From assembly GCF_001194135.2 (NCBI RefSeq), contig NC_068995.1, forward strand, positions 39,161,497 through 39,225,496: a stretch of 64,000 nucleotides of DNA. The letters are read 5' to 3'. A program made the position numbers and the translations under genes. The stretch comes from Octopus bimaculoides (lineage: Eukaryota). This document shows positions 25,401 through 39,664 of this stretch, one piece after another; position 1 is the stretch's first letter; each line of letters begins with the position of its first letter. A model generated the notes under the pieces. The model had not been told where the DNA came from, made no database searches, and saw only the letters and a list, made by a program, of their open reading frames with translations.

Positions 25401-28400
25401 AAGACCTTCTTAGCCTGGGCTGGCGGTGTTTCTCCTTGCACTATCAACTTCCATGCATGACATTTTTAAAGAGTAACCAATTCTTGTCACCCCTATTCGG
25501 TTCAAAAAAGGTTCATTCGTGAGAGATGACAACAAAGAGGAGCACACATTCACTCTCTGCGAGCGATTAGGCTCGGAAAGTGTGTGAGGAACCCACTGAG
25601 CAAATTTGCTGACTTTTCTGATGAGACGCAGGTGTCGATGAATGGGTGAATGACCAAATTCAAGCTTCTCTGGTTGTTTCTCAACAGTTACGAGGGTTTT
25701 GTTCCACCAGGGTTTCCAGGACTTCCTCGTCGAGCTCTATATATCTTCCAGGACGAGGCTCGTCTTCTAGGCTGTAGTTTCCGGCTGAATTTCTGGCACC
25801 ACCGTTGATATTGGCTTACGCCTATTGTCCGATCCCCATATACTGCATAAATATTTTCGCACTTTCCGTTGCGTTGTTGCCTTTATTAAACTTATAAAGC
25901 AAAATATGCCAATTGTGCTCCTTTGTCACTTCGATTATAGCCTTGAAAAAGTAACTGCTAAAATCGAACTGTACTCTTCAAAACTTGCACTAAGAATAAG
26001 TTCAAGGTAAAATTACTACTTGCTTTCATAGAAAGTTGATGTTGGTAGTTTATCCCGTCCCCTTCCAATTTGTAGTTCATCCAGTTGTAAAAACCGTACT
26101 ATTTATGGGATGACCCAATATTTTATGTACACGTATAGATGCAAACACAGATTCACAAACGCAAGCATACACTTGCGCACACACACTCTCAGACTCACCT
26201 GCACAAACTCACATACACAAACTCATGCACACTCACATACATACAGATATATACACACACGCACGTGTGTGTGTGAGAGAGAGAGGGGGGGGGGAGTATG
26301 TGTGTACGTGTGCAAAAAGAGTCCTTGAATTTAGTTATCATGTTCTATGCCATTAAGGCATTATTACTTTCTTATATTGTGACAAAGAATTTTCGTGTTT
26401 TTTACGATTACGATAGTAATTAGAGATACATTGAGAAAATGAACAGAGATTCTTGGCCCAGTCAGGTGAAACAGAATTGGAACATATCTATGACTGCTAA
26501 CGCTCTAGCTAATGTCATTTTCCAGACGGTAAAATAATCTGGAAGTCTAATAATAGATTACAAATTCTCGCTTGATCTAGTAATGACATTTTTGCAAAAG
26601 TGGCTATGGGGAAATAAACATTGTTTTCTTCAGGTTTTTTTTTTATTTATGTTGTTACATATATAATATTTGTTGACTATGTGATGATATAAGTAGAATA
26701 AAGCCTTCGACATCAGGAGGCGTTATTTGTTATAATTTGTTAAACTCACAACATCAATATCATGGAGTGCATACATTGCCTAATAAAGGTGTAGTCTCAT
26801 CACTTACTGAGAAGGGATTTAGACAACTTCGAAGTACTTTTGAAACTTTCACTTCCGAGTGTTGAAAGAGCACCTGACAAATTGCAATGCTTAACAATAA
26901 AATATATTAATGACTGTGAATCAGTACTTTTTAGATGCTACACTTTAATGCAGGGATTCAAGAACTAGAAAATACCTATATAATAAAAAAAATGTTAAAT
27001 CTTTGTCTAACATAAACTTCTTACTAACGTCAGCAACTGATGAAACCATGAAAGATTTCCTTCGTGGTCTCTACACTCTCAGTTAAACATTTGTTCAATG
27101 AAAATTGTAGCAGTAAACACTAACGGGAAGAACTTGTAAGCAATGGCCTTATAAATGAATTGTCCTTTAAAAGTATACTTCGCCGTCTACTAGGAAGAGA
27201 AACTCATTCGCTGTCATGTTAGAGCGCTCAACATAGCTCTAAGTCTTTTAGACCTCTGAGTTCTAGAGATGCAGCAGTCTTGAAGTAAATGGAGAAGGCT
27301 CATAAACTCCATTCACTTATATTGTGACAAAGAATTGTTGTGTCTTTAGGATGACCGATAGTAATTAGGGATGCATTGAAAAAATGAACAAAGATTTTTT
27401 GGCCCAGACAGGTCAAACGGAATTGGAACATATCCATTATCGCTGACGCTCTAGCTAATGTCATTTTCCAGACGGTAAAATAATCTGGAAGTCTGCTGTT
27501 ACAATTAAAGATGTAACACTTGCATGGTTAACAACACATAAACATGGCTGGTTTTGTGGCGTAAAATGTTCCGTGGAAAGAGCAGCGATACTCACGTGGA
27601 AGAAAAAGTGTCACAGGATAAGTTCTGACCAAATAAAGAATAAGAAGAAAGTTATGACCTCGTTTATATCTCCTAGTCTTTGTGCCAATTCAATTGCTGC
27701 TTTTGGGTTCTCAGGATGGTCTAACGCAAATTTGACAGGGAATGTAAATGAAGTTTGGCGTTTTCAGGGGAGTTCTGAACGTTTTATTGACAGGAAAGTT
27801 GCCTAAATACAAAGGAAAAGACCCCCTTCGGTCACGAATAACAATGAGATTGCACCTAGAATGTTACTTTCCAAGGTACAAGTTCGGGCAAGGTTCCTTT
27901 ATGGAAGACCAGCAGTCGCCCATTCATACCAGACTCCTGTCTTCACGCCGCCGATGTTATCCAAGGGAAAGGCAAAGGCTGATACAACTTAGCATCATTG
28001 ACTTCGTAACTCATTTCTATAGCTGAAATAAAGTGTCTTGCTGAAGAACAGAACACGCAGCCCGATCTGGGAATCGAACACCCTACTTCATGATTGTGAG
28101 CCCGACGCTCTAACCACTGAGTCATGCGCCTTCACTGCCTAAATATATTACCTACATATTTAACCTATGTCTACACTTGATTAGTCTTTACAGTTGAATG
28201 CAATTCTGATCGTTTAATGAAATTATATAACCAAATATGTGTCTGACTGTTTTTGAGGATGCTTGTAGCAATCGGGATGTGATTCTGGGAACAGATTTTC
28301 AGAAGCAACATACTTCTGTTATAATAACATACGCAGAACATTAGCTCGAATTCAAGATTTCAAATGTTTAGCCATATTCTCTATGCAGTATGTTAAAATG

Positions 28401-29495
28401 TAGTGCAGTTGTTATTCGCTAACATAACAAATGATGCGATGCATACAGTTACTAAATTCAGCAAATTCAGTTCCTCTGATCAAAATTTCATATCTCAAAA
28501 TACTAGGAATAACATGCAGCATCTGAACAGTAATAATATGCATGGAATACAGAGTTAAGAAATCCAAGAAAGTTCGTATAAAGACATGAAAATAGCAAAG
28601 GATTCGGCTTTTGTATCAAAAGAGTGAGACGAGAGTGATAAGAGTGAGAGGCATGAGAAGTTGTGAAGTCACTGACGATGGTTTCGGAAAGGAAAGAAAG
28701 CATAGGGGAAATGTAGCCCAAAAGTTGCTGGTAGTTTGAGAAGTTCGATAAGTAAAAGCGGCTGCAGATGAATTAAAGAGAAATGAAGAAGTGAGATTTT
28801 CAGCTAGAATAACAGGAAGTCGTTATTTCTTAATATACTGGTGGAAAAGGTGGAAGAGAGAGAGGGGGAGGAGGGAGAGGGAGAGTGGGAGGAGNNNNNN
28901 NNNNNNNNNNNNNNNNNNNNNNNNNNNNNNNNNNNNNNNNNNNNNNNNNNNNNNNNNNNNNNNNNNNNNNNNNNNNNNNNNNNNNNNNNNNNNNNNNNNN
29001 NNNNNNNNNNNNNNNNNNNNNNNNNNNNNNNNNNNNNNNNNNNNNNNNNNNNNNNNNNNNNNNNNNNNNNNNNNNNNNNNNNNNNNNNNNNNNNNNNNNN
29101 NNNNNNNNNNNNNNNNNNNNNNNNNNNNNNNNNNNNNNNNNNNNNNNNNNNNNNNNNNNNNNNNNNNNNNNNNNNNNNNNNNNNNNNNNNNNNNNNNNNN
29201 NNNNNNNNNNNNNNNNNNNNNNNNNNNNNNNNNNNNNNNNNNNNNNNNNNNNNNNNNNNNNCATAGATCAATATAATGAATCTACGTATACGCAGACACC
29301 ACCTTCACGAATGAAATTGGATTAGATAACGTACCCGGGACAGCGGAAATTGCTTGGGAAAATTGTCTCAGAAAAAAAGAAATTATGTGGTTTGTGAATA
29401 AGAGATGATGTGTGGGTTCTTGATCGGAGAGAATTCCTTAAATGTTTTAGGCCGTTGTTAGGCTTAGTGATGATGATGATGATGATGACGACGAC

Positions 29496-29533
<38 letters not shown>

Positions 29534-32343
29534 CCACCACGATCACGGCGGCGGCGGCGGCGGCGGCGGCACGAAGGCGACGACAACACTCTGGTAATAG
29601 TAATAGTAATTGTGATTTGTGATGCAGTGACAACGCTATCGTGTTTTGTCAATGAATCAATCAGCTACAGTATTTGGGTGGTAGTTACTTTATCGACGAA
29701 CGAATAGAATAGTCCTCCACTTCAGTATAATGTCAACGTAGATCGCAATGGTTCACCAACATTTGGGCCAAAGTCTTACTCGCTCTACTCTACACCACCC
29801 TAATAAAACTTCCGAAGTAGTTAACAGAAGCATAATGCCATAAATTGAACCGACAGCATTACTTGATTGTTACACATTCTATAAAACGCCCAAGCATTAA
29901 CGTTAAGACAAACGGCAGCGGAATTTGAAATCTAAACGTTACCGGTGATCCATCGGTTACAGCGGTGAGCGCTCCAGTTGACCCGATCAACGGAACAGAC
30001 TGCTCGTGAAATTAACGTGCAAGTGGCTGAGCACTCCACAGACACCCGTGGAAAAAAAGGGGCAGAGGGTAAATGCTGACCAAATGAAGAATAAGAAGAA
30101 AGTTATAGCCTCGTTTATATCTCCTAATTATTTTTAACTTTTCAACTGCTGCTTTTGGGTTCTCAGGTTGGTCTAATGCAAATATTACTGGGAATGTAAA
30201 TGAAGGTTTGCATCTTGGCGAGTTCTGAAAGTTTTAGGGTCAGTAAAATACAAAGGCGAAGACCCCTTTTGGTCATGAATGATTATGGGATTGAACCTAG
30301 AATGTTAGTCTCCGAAGCAAGGTTGTTTATGGAAAACCAGCAATCACTCAGGCATACGTCCCTCTCCTCTCCACTGATGGAGACTCATCAAATAAAGAAT
30401 GTGATAATGCTGGCCCATTGAAATACAGGCACGTACTTCTCATTTTTCCCAGCTGAGCGGACAGGATCAACGTGGAATTAAATGTATTACTGAACGACAA
30501 AACACGGCGCCGGAACTCGAACGCACGACCTCACGATAGTGAACCGATTCCTCAACCTAAGGAAATATAAAAATATCTGAAGAAAGGTGACAAAAAAAAA
30601 TATAATAATAATGATAAGGATCCCTTACGTAGGTGGAAAGGCGAACATTTGAGATGGGGAGTTTAGAAGATGAAAATACACTCCCGTTCTTCTTTTGGTA
30701 TTTTTTTTAATAAACGATGAAAGGCAAATTATACCTCGGTGGAATTTGAACTGTTGTCGTTCATTTTTGTCAAATGCTCTAATGATTCTACAACCCCTAC
30801 TATACTATCAGCAGCGGAGGGACAATGCAGACGAAGATTTTAAAATGGGCTTCCTGCTAAATGCATATATATAATAGGTATGGATATTGTGGGAGATAAC
30901 AATGAAGTTTTAAAGCAGAGTTATGTCCCTTGGATATCTAACGCACGAAAGTAACGTTTTGTATGTTCGTTAGTTCAAAAGAAATTATGATTCTATAACA
31001 GATTGAGCATCTCACATAGATTCACACTCTCTGTTTCCACACTTTCTAATAATAATACACAGACTGAGCTAAACACTAAACACGTGACAGAATTTTCGAG
31101 TCGACGTTTTTATTGTAGGTTTATGATTTACATACATACGTAAACGCACTCAAAGCCACGTACGCACACGTGCGTCACATGCATCGCACACGAACGCATA
31201 CACATAACGCCCCCCCCCACACACACACTGACACACACACACACACACACTCGTGTGTGTGCGTGAACATTTATATNNNNNNNNNNNNNNNNNNNNNNNN
31301 NNNNNNNNNNNNNNNNNNNNNNNNNNNNNNNNNNNNNNNNNNNNNNNNNNNNNNNNNNNNNNNNNNNNNNNNNNNNNNNNNNNNNNNNNNNNNNNNNNNN
31401 NNNNNNNNNNNNNNNNNNNNNNNNNNNNNNNNNNNNNNNNNNNNNNNNNNNNNNNNNNNNNNNNNNNNNNNNNNNNNNNNNNNNNNNNNNNNNNNNNNNN
31501 NNNNNNNNNNNNNNNNNNNNNNNNNNNNNNNNNNNNNNNNNNNNNNNNNNNNNNNNNNNNNNNNNNNNNNNNNNNNNNNNNNNNNNNNNNNNNNNNNNNN
31601 NNNNNNNNNNNNNNNNNNNNNNNNNNNNNNNNNNNNNNNNNNNNNNNNNNNNNNNNNNNNNNNNNNNNNNNNNNNNNNNNNNNNNNNNNNNNNNNNNNNN
31701 NNNNNNNNNNNNNNNNNNNNNNNNNNNNNNNNNNNNNNNNNNNNNNNNNNNNNNNNNNNNNNNNNNNNNNNNNNNNNNNNNNNNNNNNNNNNNNNNNNNN
31801 NNNNNNNNNNNNNNNNNNNNNNNNNNNNNNNNNNNNNNNNNNNNNNNNNNNNNNNNNNNNNNNNNNNNNNNNNNNNNNNNNNNNNNNNNNNNNNNNNNNN
31901 NNNNNNNNNNNNNNNNNNNNNNNNNNNNNNNNNNNNNNNNNNNNNNNNNNNNNNNNNNNNNNNNNNNNNNNNNNNNNNNNNNNNNNNNNNNNNNNNNNNN
32001 NNNNNNNNNNNNNNNNNNNNNNNNNNNNNNNNNNNNNNNNNNNNNNNNNNNNNNNNNNNNNNNNNNNNNNNNNNNNNNNNNNNNNNNNNNNNNNNNNNNN
32101 NNNNNNNNNNNNNNNNNNNNNNNNNNNNNNNNNNNNNNNNNNNNNNNNNNNNNNNNNNNNNNNNNNNNNNNNNNNNNNNNNNNNNNNNNNNNNNNNNNNN
32201 NNNNNNNNNNNNNNNNNNNNNNNNNNNNNNNNNNNNNNNNNNNNNNNNNNNNNTATATAGTATATCCGAAAAGCATAGAGTTGAATATCTATCACGACTG
32301 ATCTTACCAATCGGTTTCGCATAAAGAATACAATGGTGTGTTA

Positions 32344-32377
<34 letters not shown>

Positions 32378-35300
32378 CCAAGATAGTTAGGGGTTGAGGA
32401 TCCAACCCACCAAGGGATAATATATATCCAATATACTGTTGGGACGGTACCCAATTATTGTTACACTAGTATTATACCAAGTGCAATAAGTGGGTGCGGG
32501 TAAAAGGGTATTTTTTTTTACCCTATATTTACATAGCAATAACAAAGTGGAGGGAAACATGAGGTACTCATGAACTTTCAGACACTGTATTTCGTTGATT
32601 AATCTGTTTATTTTATAGCCAAAATGGCAAAAAAGACACTATATAGACGCTTATGACATAACATGTCATATCAACAATTAAGATTTCAAATTTAATGGAC
32701 ACTAGCAATTGGAGAAGGGACAAAATCTTACAGCTGTTTCGGCCTTGTGTTGGCATGCCCCATTCTATCTATCTAAATCCAGTACGCTGGAGTAATTAGT
32801 AATGTCATTATAAGGGCTTCTGATGGAGGACAGGAGAAATGACAGAGGTCCCTTCTTCCCAAAGATTTTTTTAAAATGGGTTTACGAATTGCCAAAGCAA
32901 TGCCTCGCCTAAAAATAATCAAAAACTAACAAGGCGTGGAAGCACGTCTTCTCTTAGGAAAACATACAAGACACTGCCGCGGAATAAGAAATGAAGCAGG
33001 GATTCAATTGATGGGAAGCATAGAAAATACCCTGGAGTTCAGAACATATTAAAAAGGTCGTCGATGGTCCATAAGGCACGAAATGCATAGCTGAATGACA
33101 CACTCTCCTCTATAGGCATAAGGCCCTAAGTTTTAGCGGGAGGAGTTTAGTCGATTACATCGACCCCAAAGTTCATGTGGTGCTTAATTTATCGACCCAA
33201 ATTGAGGAAAGTCAAAGTCAACCTCAGTGGAATTCGAACTTAGAACGAAAATACAGAAGAAGTGCGGTAAAGCATTTTGTTCGGCATGCTAACAGCTGTG
33301 TCATGTTACTGTCACTGTGTTTAAGTACGTTACAATGATGAGAAAAAAGCATTAGCACAACGGCTAATGTAATTTCAGTCTGATCCTAACTAGAATGGCT
33401 AGCGGAATCGGATACAGCCTTCGCCTTAAATGCCAAATTGGTGATAAAATAATCAATATATTGATGTAAAATATTGTGCATGAGCTGTAGACGAGCTGAA
33501 CATATATCAGTATGTTGTAATATTTTAGAATATTCAAAGAATATTCTAAGAATGTTTTCTTCATTCCTTTACGAGAGGATTCCTTCTGAACCACATTCTT
33601 TTGATTTCAGTTCCAAAACGGATGGTTTGGGCCAGAGTCTTGTACTACAGTCTGAGACTGATCGATACCTTGCGAATGAATTTGGTATATTGTATGTAAA
33701 CCAGTCGGATACATACATGTACGTATATACAATGGGTCAGAGGTCTTTCTCAAGCCATAGACGCATAACGCCAGTTCCTGCATTCTGTGTGTTTATATTT
33801 TGTATCTTTTCATTTATCTTGCTCGCTTAGGTTCTGGTCTTTGCTGAATTTTCTTGAGAACAATTTTTTCTTAGTGGTCAGACCATAGGTGGTCTTCTTC
33901 TAGTAAAATGGATGTCCACTTAGTGGTCAACCCTCTTATATATATATGTAATATAGTTTTGTTGAATCTTCAGATTTTTCCATTTGCTTGGCCACTGGTT
34001 TTAAATTGATATTAATCAAATTAATATTGAATTTCTCACCCCTATTATTTAAATTCATATACATATACATATATATATATATATATATATANNNNNNNNN
34101 NNNNNNNNNNNNNNNNNNNNNNNNNNNNNNNNNNNNNNNNNNNNNNNNNNNNNNNNNNNNNNNNNNNNNNNNNNNNNNNNNGTAACCCAGAGACAGACAA
34201 GCAGATTGGAAGAAAGACATCTGTGGAAATATGCAAATTCTGTTATGCATGGTAATCTTTGCTAGTTTTGTTGTCTTCGCTAATCGGTCGATTCAGTAAA
34301 AAGTTACCGACAGAATAAGTATGAGACATAAATAAGTATAGGGGTCTATTTGATCGAACATACCTTTTAAAGATGTGCCTCAGTAGGTGGCTAGTCTACT
34401 GACTAAACCGAAATTTAAAGTGACTGTAAAGATATTTTAGTAATGCGTCGTTTTATTAAAGTATCTCCCCGTTATTATATTTGAATTCAATTTCCTAGAT
34501 TGTACTGACAATCTTACGTCTTATATTTATAAAAATGAATTGTTTCTAGAATTGCAAAGTCATAACGCGTATTTGGGGGTGGGGGTGCCGAGGAGATATC
34601 ATATTTAGTTTTTTGGTTTAAGGTGAAGTATGATGCAGAAGGTTTTGGGTTCTTATTTATAGCTGAGTATGGAAATATTTCATTCATCAGATTTCCCCAT
34701 GGAATATTATTTTTGGGAAGTTTTAATAAGTTTCCAGTGAGTCTTGGGTCTCGTTACAGGTTGGGTTGTTGAAGGTTTTATTTACTGTAGTTTCAATTTC
34801 TAATTCGGTAGGCCGTTCTTTATGGAAAATTTGGTTGCTTGTTCCAGCAGAGATACGTACGACAGATAGTCACCTTAGTTGTTCCTGTTATTTAATATAT
34901 AATACGATTAAGGTGACGAACTGGCAGAATCATTAGTATGTCGGCAAAATTCTTAGCGTGAGGTATGCCTTTTATCTTTTTGGAGTCGGGAAAATAAGCA
35001 CCAGCTGAGCACTGGGGGCGAAATTGTTGGCTTTGTGCAAAAATTTGAAACTAATATATTATACCATAAACAGTGAAGAGAGAGCAATATTTTAGCATTA
35101 AATATACAGAGACCTATCAAACTTATGTATTTCGAGGAAGGTGATAATGATTTCTAACCGTGACTTAGTAACCGAAAAAAATTTAAATCATGATGCAGGA
35201 TCTTTTGCTATTAGAATACATACAATTCTGCAGCACACTAATTTGCGCCTAGTAAATCTCCGGAAAAAGTTCTAAATTAAAAACATTTTGATTGTTATAA

Positions 35301-38300
35301 GGAAGGTACTGTAAGTGGATTTTTTAAAATCTATAACTATCAGCGTATGCAACGTATTAAATATATACTGAGAAGTTTCACGTCTTCATGATATATTCTA
35401 ATTGCAGAAAGCCTATACTCTGTTCAATCATCTAAACATCCTAGTAAAAATAAATTAAAAAACAAACACAAAATAAACTTAATGGTGCGGTTAAAATAAA
35501 TGAATGATTTAATATTACGTTTTTGGATTTGGTTTGCAAGATTTTTTATGTGAGTTCGTGTGTTGAAGCATATTCTGTTGTGTCTGAGGAGAGTCATTTT
35601 CTTTTTGTACCTTATAATTTAACGCACTCACCGGTAAAATTTCCACTTATTTCTTATTTTTATTTTCCTAAAATTTTCGTTACGTCTTACAGCCTTTTCG
35701 ATAGTCTTACAACCTTTTCAATAGTCTTGACTATTGAAAACGTCGCAAGACGCAACGAAAATTTTAAGAAAATAGAAATAAGAAAGTAGTGGAAATTTTA
35801 CCGGTAAGTGTGTTAAATTATAAGGCACAAAGAGAAAATGACTCTCCTCAGATGCAACAGAATGATTGTAAGATTTGGAAAAAATTAAAATTATTAATTT
35901 AAATCACAAATTTATTTCACTTTAATATTTCAAACGTTAACATCTAAAATGTCAACGTTAATGATATAAACGACTTCCTCGTATTAGTGACAACTAATTT
36001 CCAACAATATAAAACTGTAGTGAAATATTTCAAACGATGAAAACCGTAATAAAAAAATTATCTGCAAGGTAGGCTACTCTTATAGCACGTTTCTTTTTTA
36101 TATTTACAGTTCTCTCCCTTGATAAATCTTGTTATATTATGAAATAAATGAAATATGATTTCAGATGTGAAACCTGAGTCTGCCTCAAACATTCGCATGG
36201 TCAGACAATGTGCAAGAAATGTAAGTCAAGTCTTAAGAAGGATAGAAAAGAGATGGCCACAGCTAGAATGTATTTATTCATAAGCATTATTAAATAACCT
36301 AAATCGATCTTTAGCCTCAGTACCTTTTATGACGAGAAATTTATTACGTATGTATGTCTCTTCTATTTTTTAACAATTATAAATCTTCCGCTGAAGAGGT
36401 AGTCGGCTTCCAACAAAGATACAAGGCTCCATCTTTGGAATGTAGTTAACACAGACAAATTCACATTGGGAACTTGAGAAAAGTCTTGGATATTTTTACT
36501 GTTCCACTTGTCATGTATGAATTAGCCGGTCGATTTCTCTTTCTGAAAATCCCAGTTTATGCAGATTCTCGTTTAAGCATTTACTAACAAAAGCTAGTAC
36601 TCCAATTATTATTGGTATGAATATGAATTCATAGTCTGGATATAGAAGCCTGAGGTTTCGAATCAGTTGTCCATAGGTATCCTCTTTTTCTTTCGTTTCA
36701 AGTGGTCTTTATATCTGCAGGGTACCTGACCTCTATGATGATACATACCATTGCCCCTTTGTCCCAAACAACAATATCCTCCCTGTTATGTTTAAATTTG
36801 ACACGTTTTGATATGAATATTCCACAAGTATTCCTTGAACTGGTGCTCATGAATGTATTCCATAACAGAGGGCTTTTGAAAGTTTATTTCAGGATAGTCA
36901 TTTTCGCGGATGGCATAGTAAATTTTCGCGGACCGCATTGTAAATGGCATCGTGCCTCATAGGGACGTAGTACCGTGACGACATTTTGGGACAGCTGCTA
37001 ATCACATGCGTAGTGACTTCCATAGCAACATGACATAGCCTACACATGCGGTTACACCTTGGTATTACAAGAGCGACACTGTCTCTCTTGTTGACCACGT
37101 ACTGTGTGGCAATCTCCTGTTCCTGGATTGCAAACGCATTGCCCTCAAAGTGTGATTTGATGTAGTGATCTTCTGTCCAAGAGAGGTTACGATTCATGTC
37201 AATTCTACTGTCTTCTTCAAGCTTCCGGGCAACCATATGCATAGTCATTTTCTTTTTTGGTATGCTGAGTGCTTTCCATCCAGGTCTTCTCTGATGTAAG
37301 GGTGCCCAGCTCTTTTCGGGCTGTATAGATCATCAGGAAGAGAGTGTTACAAGAGGAGCTCACTTCCAACTCGTACGATGTTGCTCACTTCTCTTTTCAG
37401 CACTGCATTTATATATTAATGTTTGCTGCTGTTGTTTAACAGGTGCTGCGTGAGTGATACCATACAACATTCGAAGGCCGTCTGCACTAATCTCATGCCG
37501 CTATCGCTTTCATTTCTTCTTAGGTAGAGCCTGTCAACATCACTGTTTCTGTGGAAGTTCCCAGTTGTTGTCAGGATTTTGCGGATTTTGATATCTATGG
37601 AGTGGATTTCCTCTACAGACCAATCAAGTACCTCATATATTCGGATCACCACTGGTGCTGCAAATGCATTTGGGGTTATGGTATGAGGAGAGTCCGACTG
37701 CTATATTTCCTAAGTCCCTTTGTACTATTTTGGGGTCACACTATCTTTATTCACGGTGCCATCATATGATACATTTTCGTCTATGCCTAGGTGCTTGTAA
37801 CATTCTTAGTGTGGAATGAGGGATATAGAGAGACCGTTGATACTAATTTTTTGGAGTTTGGGGGAGTGACTTTCCTCATACTACAACCAAAAAGAAACAT
37901 TTCTTTTGGCCAAATTCCATGCCTATATCAACTGAAAATGTTGTTAATTCGAGTTGTTTTTTGGTTTTGTTAACACTTTTAGCATAAATCTTCAGGTAGT
38001 CTACGAAAAACATTATGAGTTACATTGATATTTCTAGCAGTTGAAGATCCTAGCATATAACCATCAAAGTGCCAACATGAGAGCAACATTTCTGTGGTAC
38101 ATGTATAGCGCGTCAGCTCTTCCTGCCTCCGCTGCTAATCCTTGAACTTTATGACAAACATAAGTTCTTAACTTTATACAAACATAAGCTATTTACTACA
38201 CATTGCACTTTATCATTTATACCGGCCAAATAGAATTGACAATAATGACTTCGCCCTAGCATGGATGCAGTTATTAAATGTCTGCTCATAATGCTATTCA

Positions 38301-39613
38301 TGTAAGCTAACTCATTATATTTAGCTTTTGAGGAGGCGGTAGTTTTATAAGTTTACTGAAAAGAGCTCATTACATATTACCATATATCCATATTCCTGAT
38401 TGTTAAGTAAAGATGGTCTGCTAATTATACATATATGTACTTTTATTTGTAAACCCGGTTGTCAATATAACATGGTTTGTCATAAACACTTGTACTTTGT
38501 AGTTTTTTGTCACTTTAGTTACAAATTAAGTTAATTAATTCAACGGGATACACTGTCAGCAAGTCGTTGGGTACAGCATATTATCCTNNNNNNNNNNNNN
38601 NNNNNNNNNNNNNNNNNNNNNNNNNNNNNNNNNNNNNNNNNNNNNNNNNNNNNNNNNNNNNNNNNNNNNNNNNNNNNNNNNNNNNNNNNNNNNNNNNNNN
38701 NNNNNNNNNNNNNNNNNNNNNNNNNNNNNNNNNNNNNNNNNNNNNNNNNNNNNNNNNNNNNNNNNNNNNNNNNNNNNNNNNNNNNNNNNNNNNNNNNNNN
38801 NNNNNNNNNNNNNNNNNNNNNNNNNNNNNNNNNNNNNNNNNNNNNNNNNNNNNNNNNNNNNNNNNNNNNNNNNNNNNNNNNNNNNNNNNNNNNNNNNNNN
38901 NNNNNNNNNNNNNNNNNNNNNNNNNNNNNNNNNNNNNNNNNNNNNNNNNNNNNNNNNNNNNNNNNNNNNNNNNNNNNNNNNNNNNNNNNNNNNNNNNNNN
39001 NNNNNNNNNNNNNNNNNNNNNNNNNNNNNNNNNNNNNNNNNNNNNNNNNNNNNNNNNNNNNNNNNNNNNNNNNNNNNNNNNNNNNNNNNNNNNATATATA
39101 TATGTATGTACGTATGTATGTATATATGTATGTATATATGCATGTATGTATGCATGCATGTATGTATGCATGCATGTATGTATGCATGCATGTATGTATG
39201 CATGTATGTATGTATTTATGTATGTATGTATTGCGCTTATATATTGTATCCTTTAATAATAATAATCCTTTCAACTGTAGACACAAGGCATAGTAAAGTA
39301 TGCAAAATAAACTGTTCTGATCCAATACATAACGAAAACGTGTACAGTTAGTTTGAAAATGGAAATCTACATGCTGGATGCTAACCACTTAGCCATTACA
39401 CAACAATCTCACCTGAGATGTGAAGTGATATTTATAGGTCACCAGAAAAATGACCTTTATTATGTTGACATTAGAATCTCTCTCAGGCCGGAAACCAATA
39501 GCATTCTGTTGAAATGTGACTGATCTTCACCGCTCTTCATTTGAAATGTAAATGTGAACAGTGTTATATATTATATATATCAACTATACTTTCTTGATGA
39601 CATATACGTGAGA

Positions 39614-39664
<51 letters not shown>

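Larger units (their letters stand above)
27595..30345 (+). repeat. Pair of about 300-320-bp direct repeats (27595-27920 and 30046-30345)
   Basis: Shared ctgaccaaat.aagaataagaagaaagttat..ctcgtttatatctccta...tgctgcttttgggttctcagg...aaatacaaagg...cctagaatgtta...tttatggaa.accagca. Confidence 0.85.
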
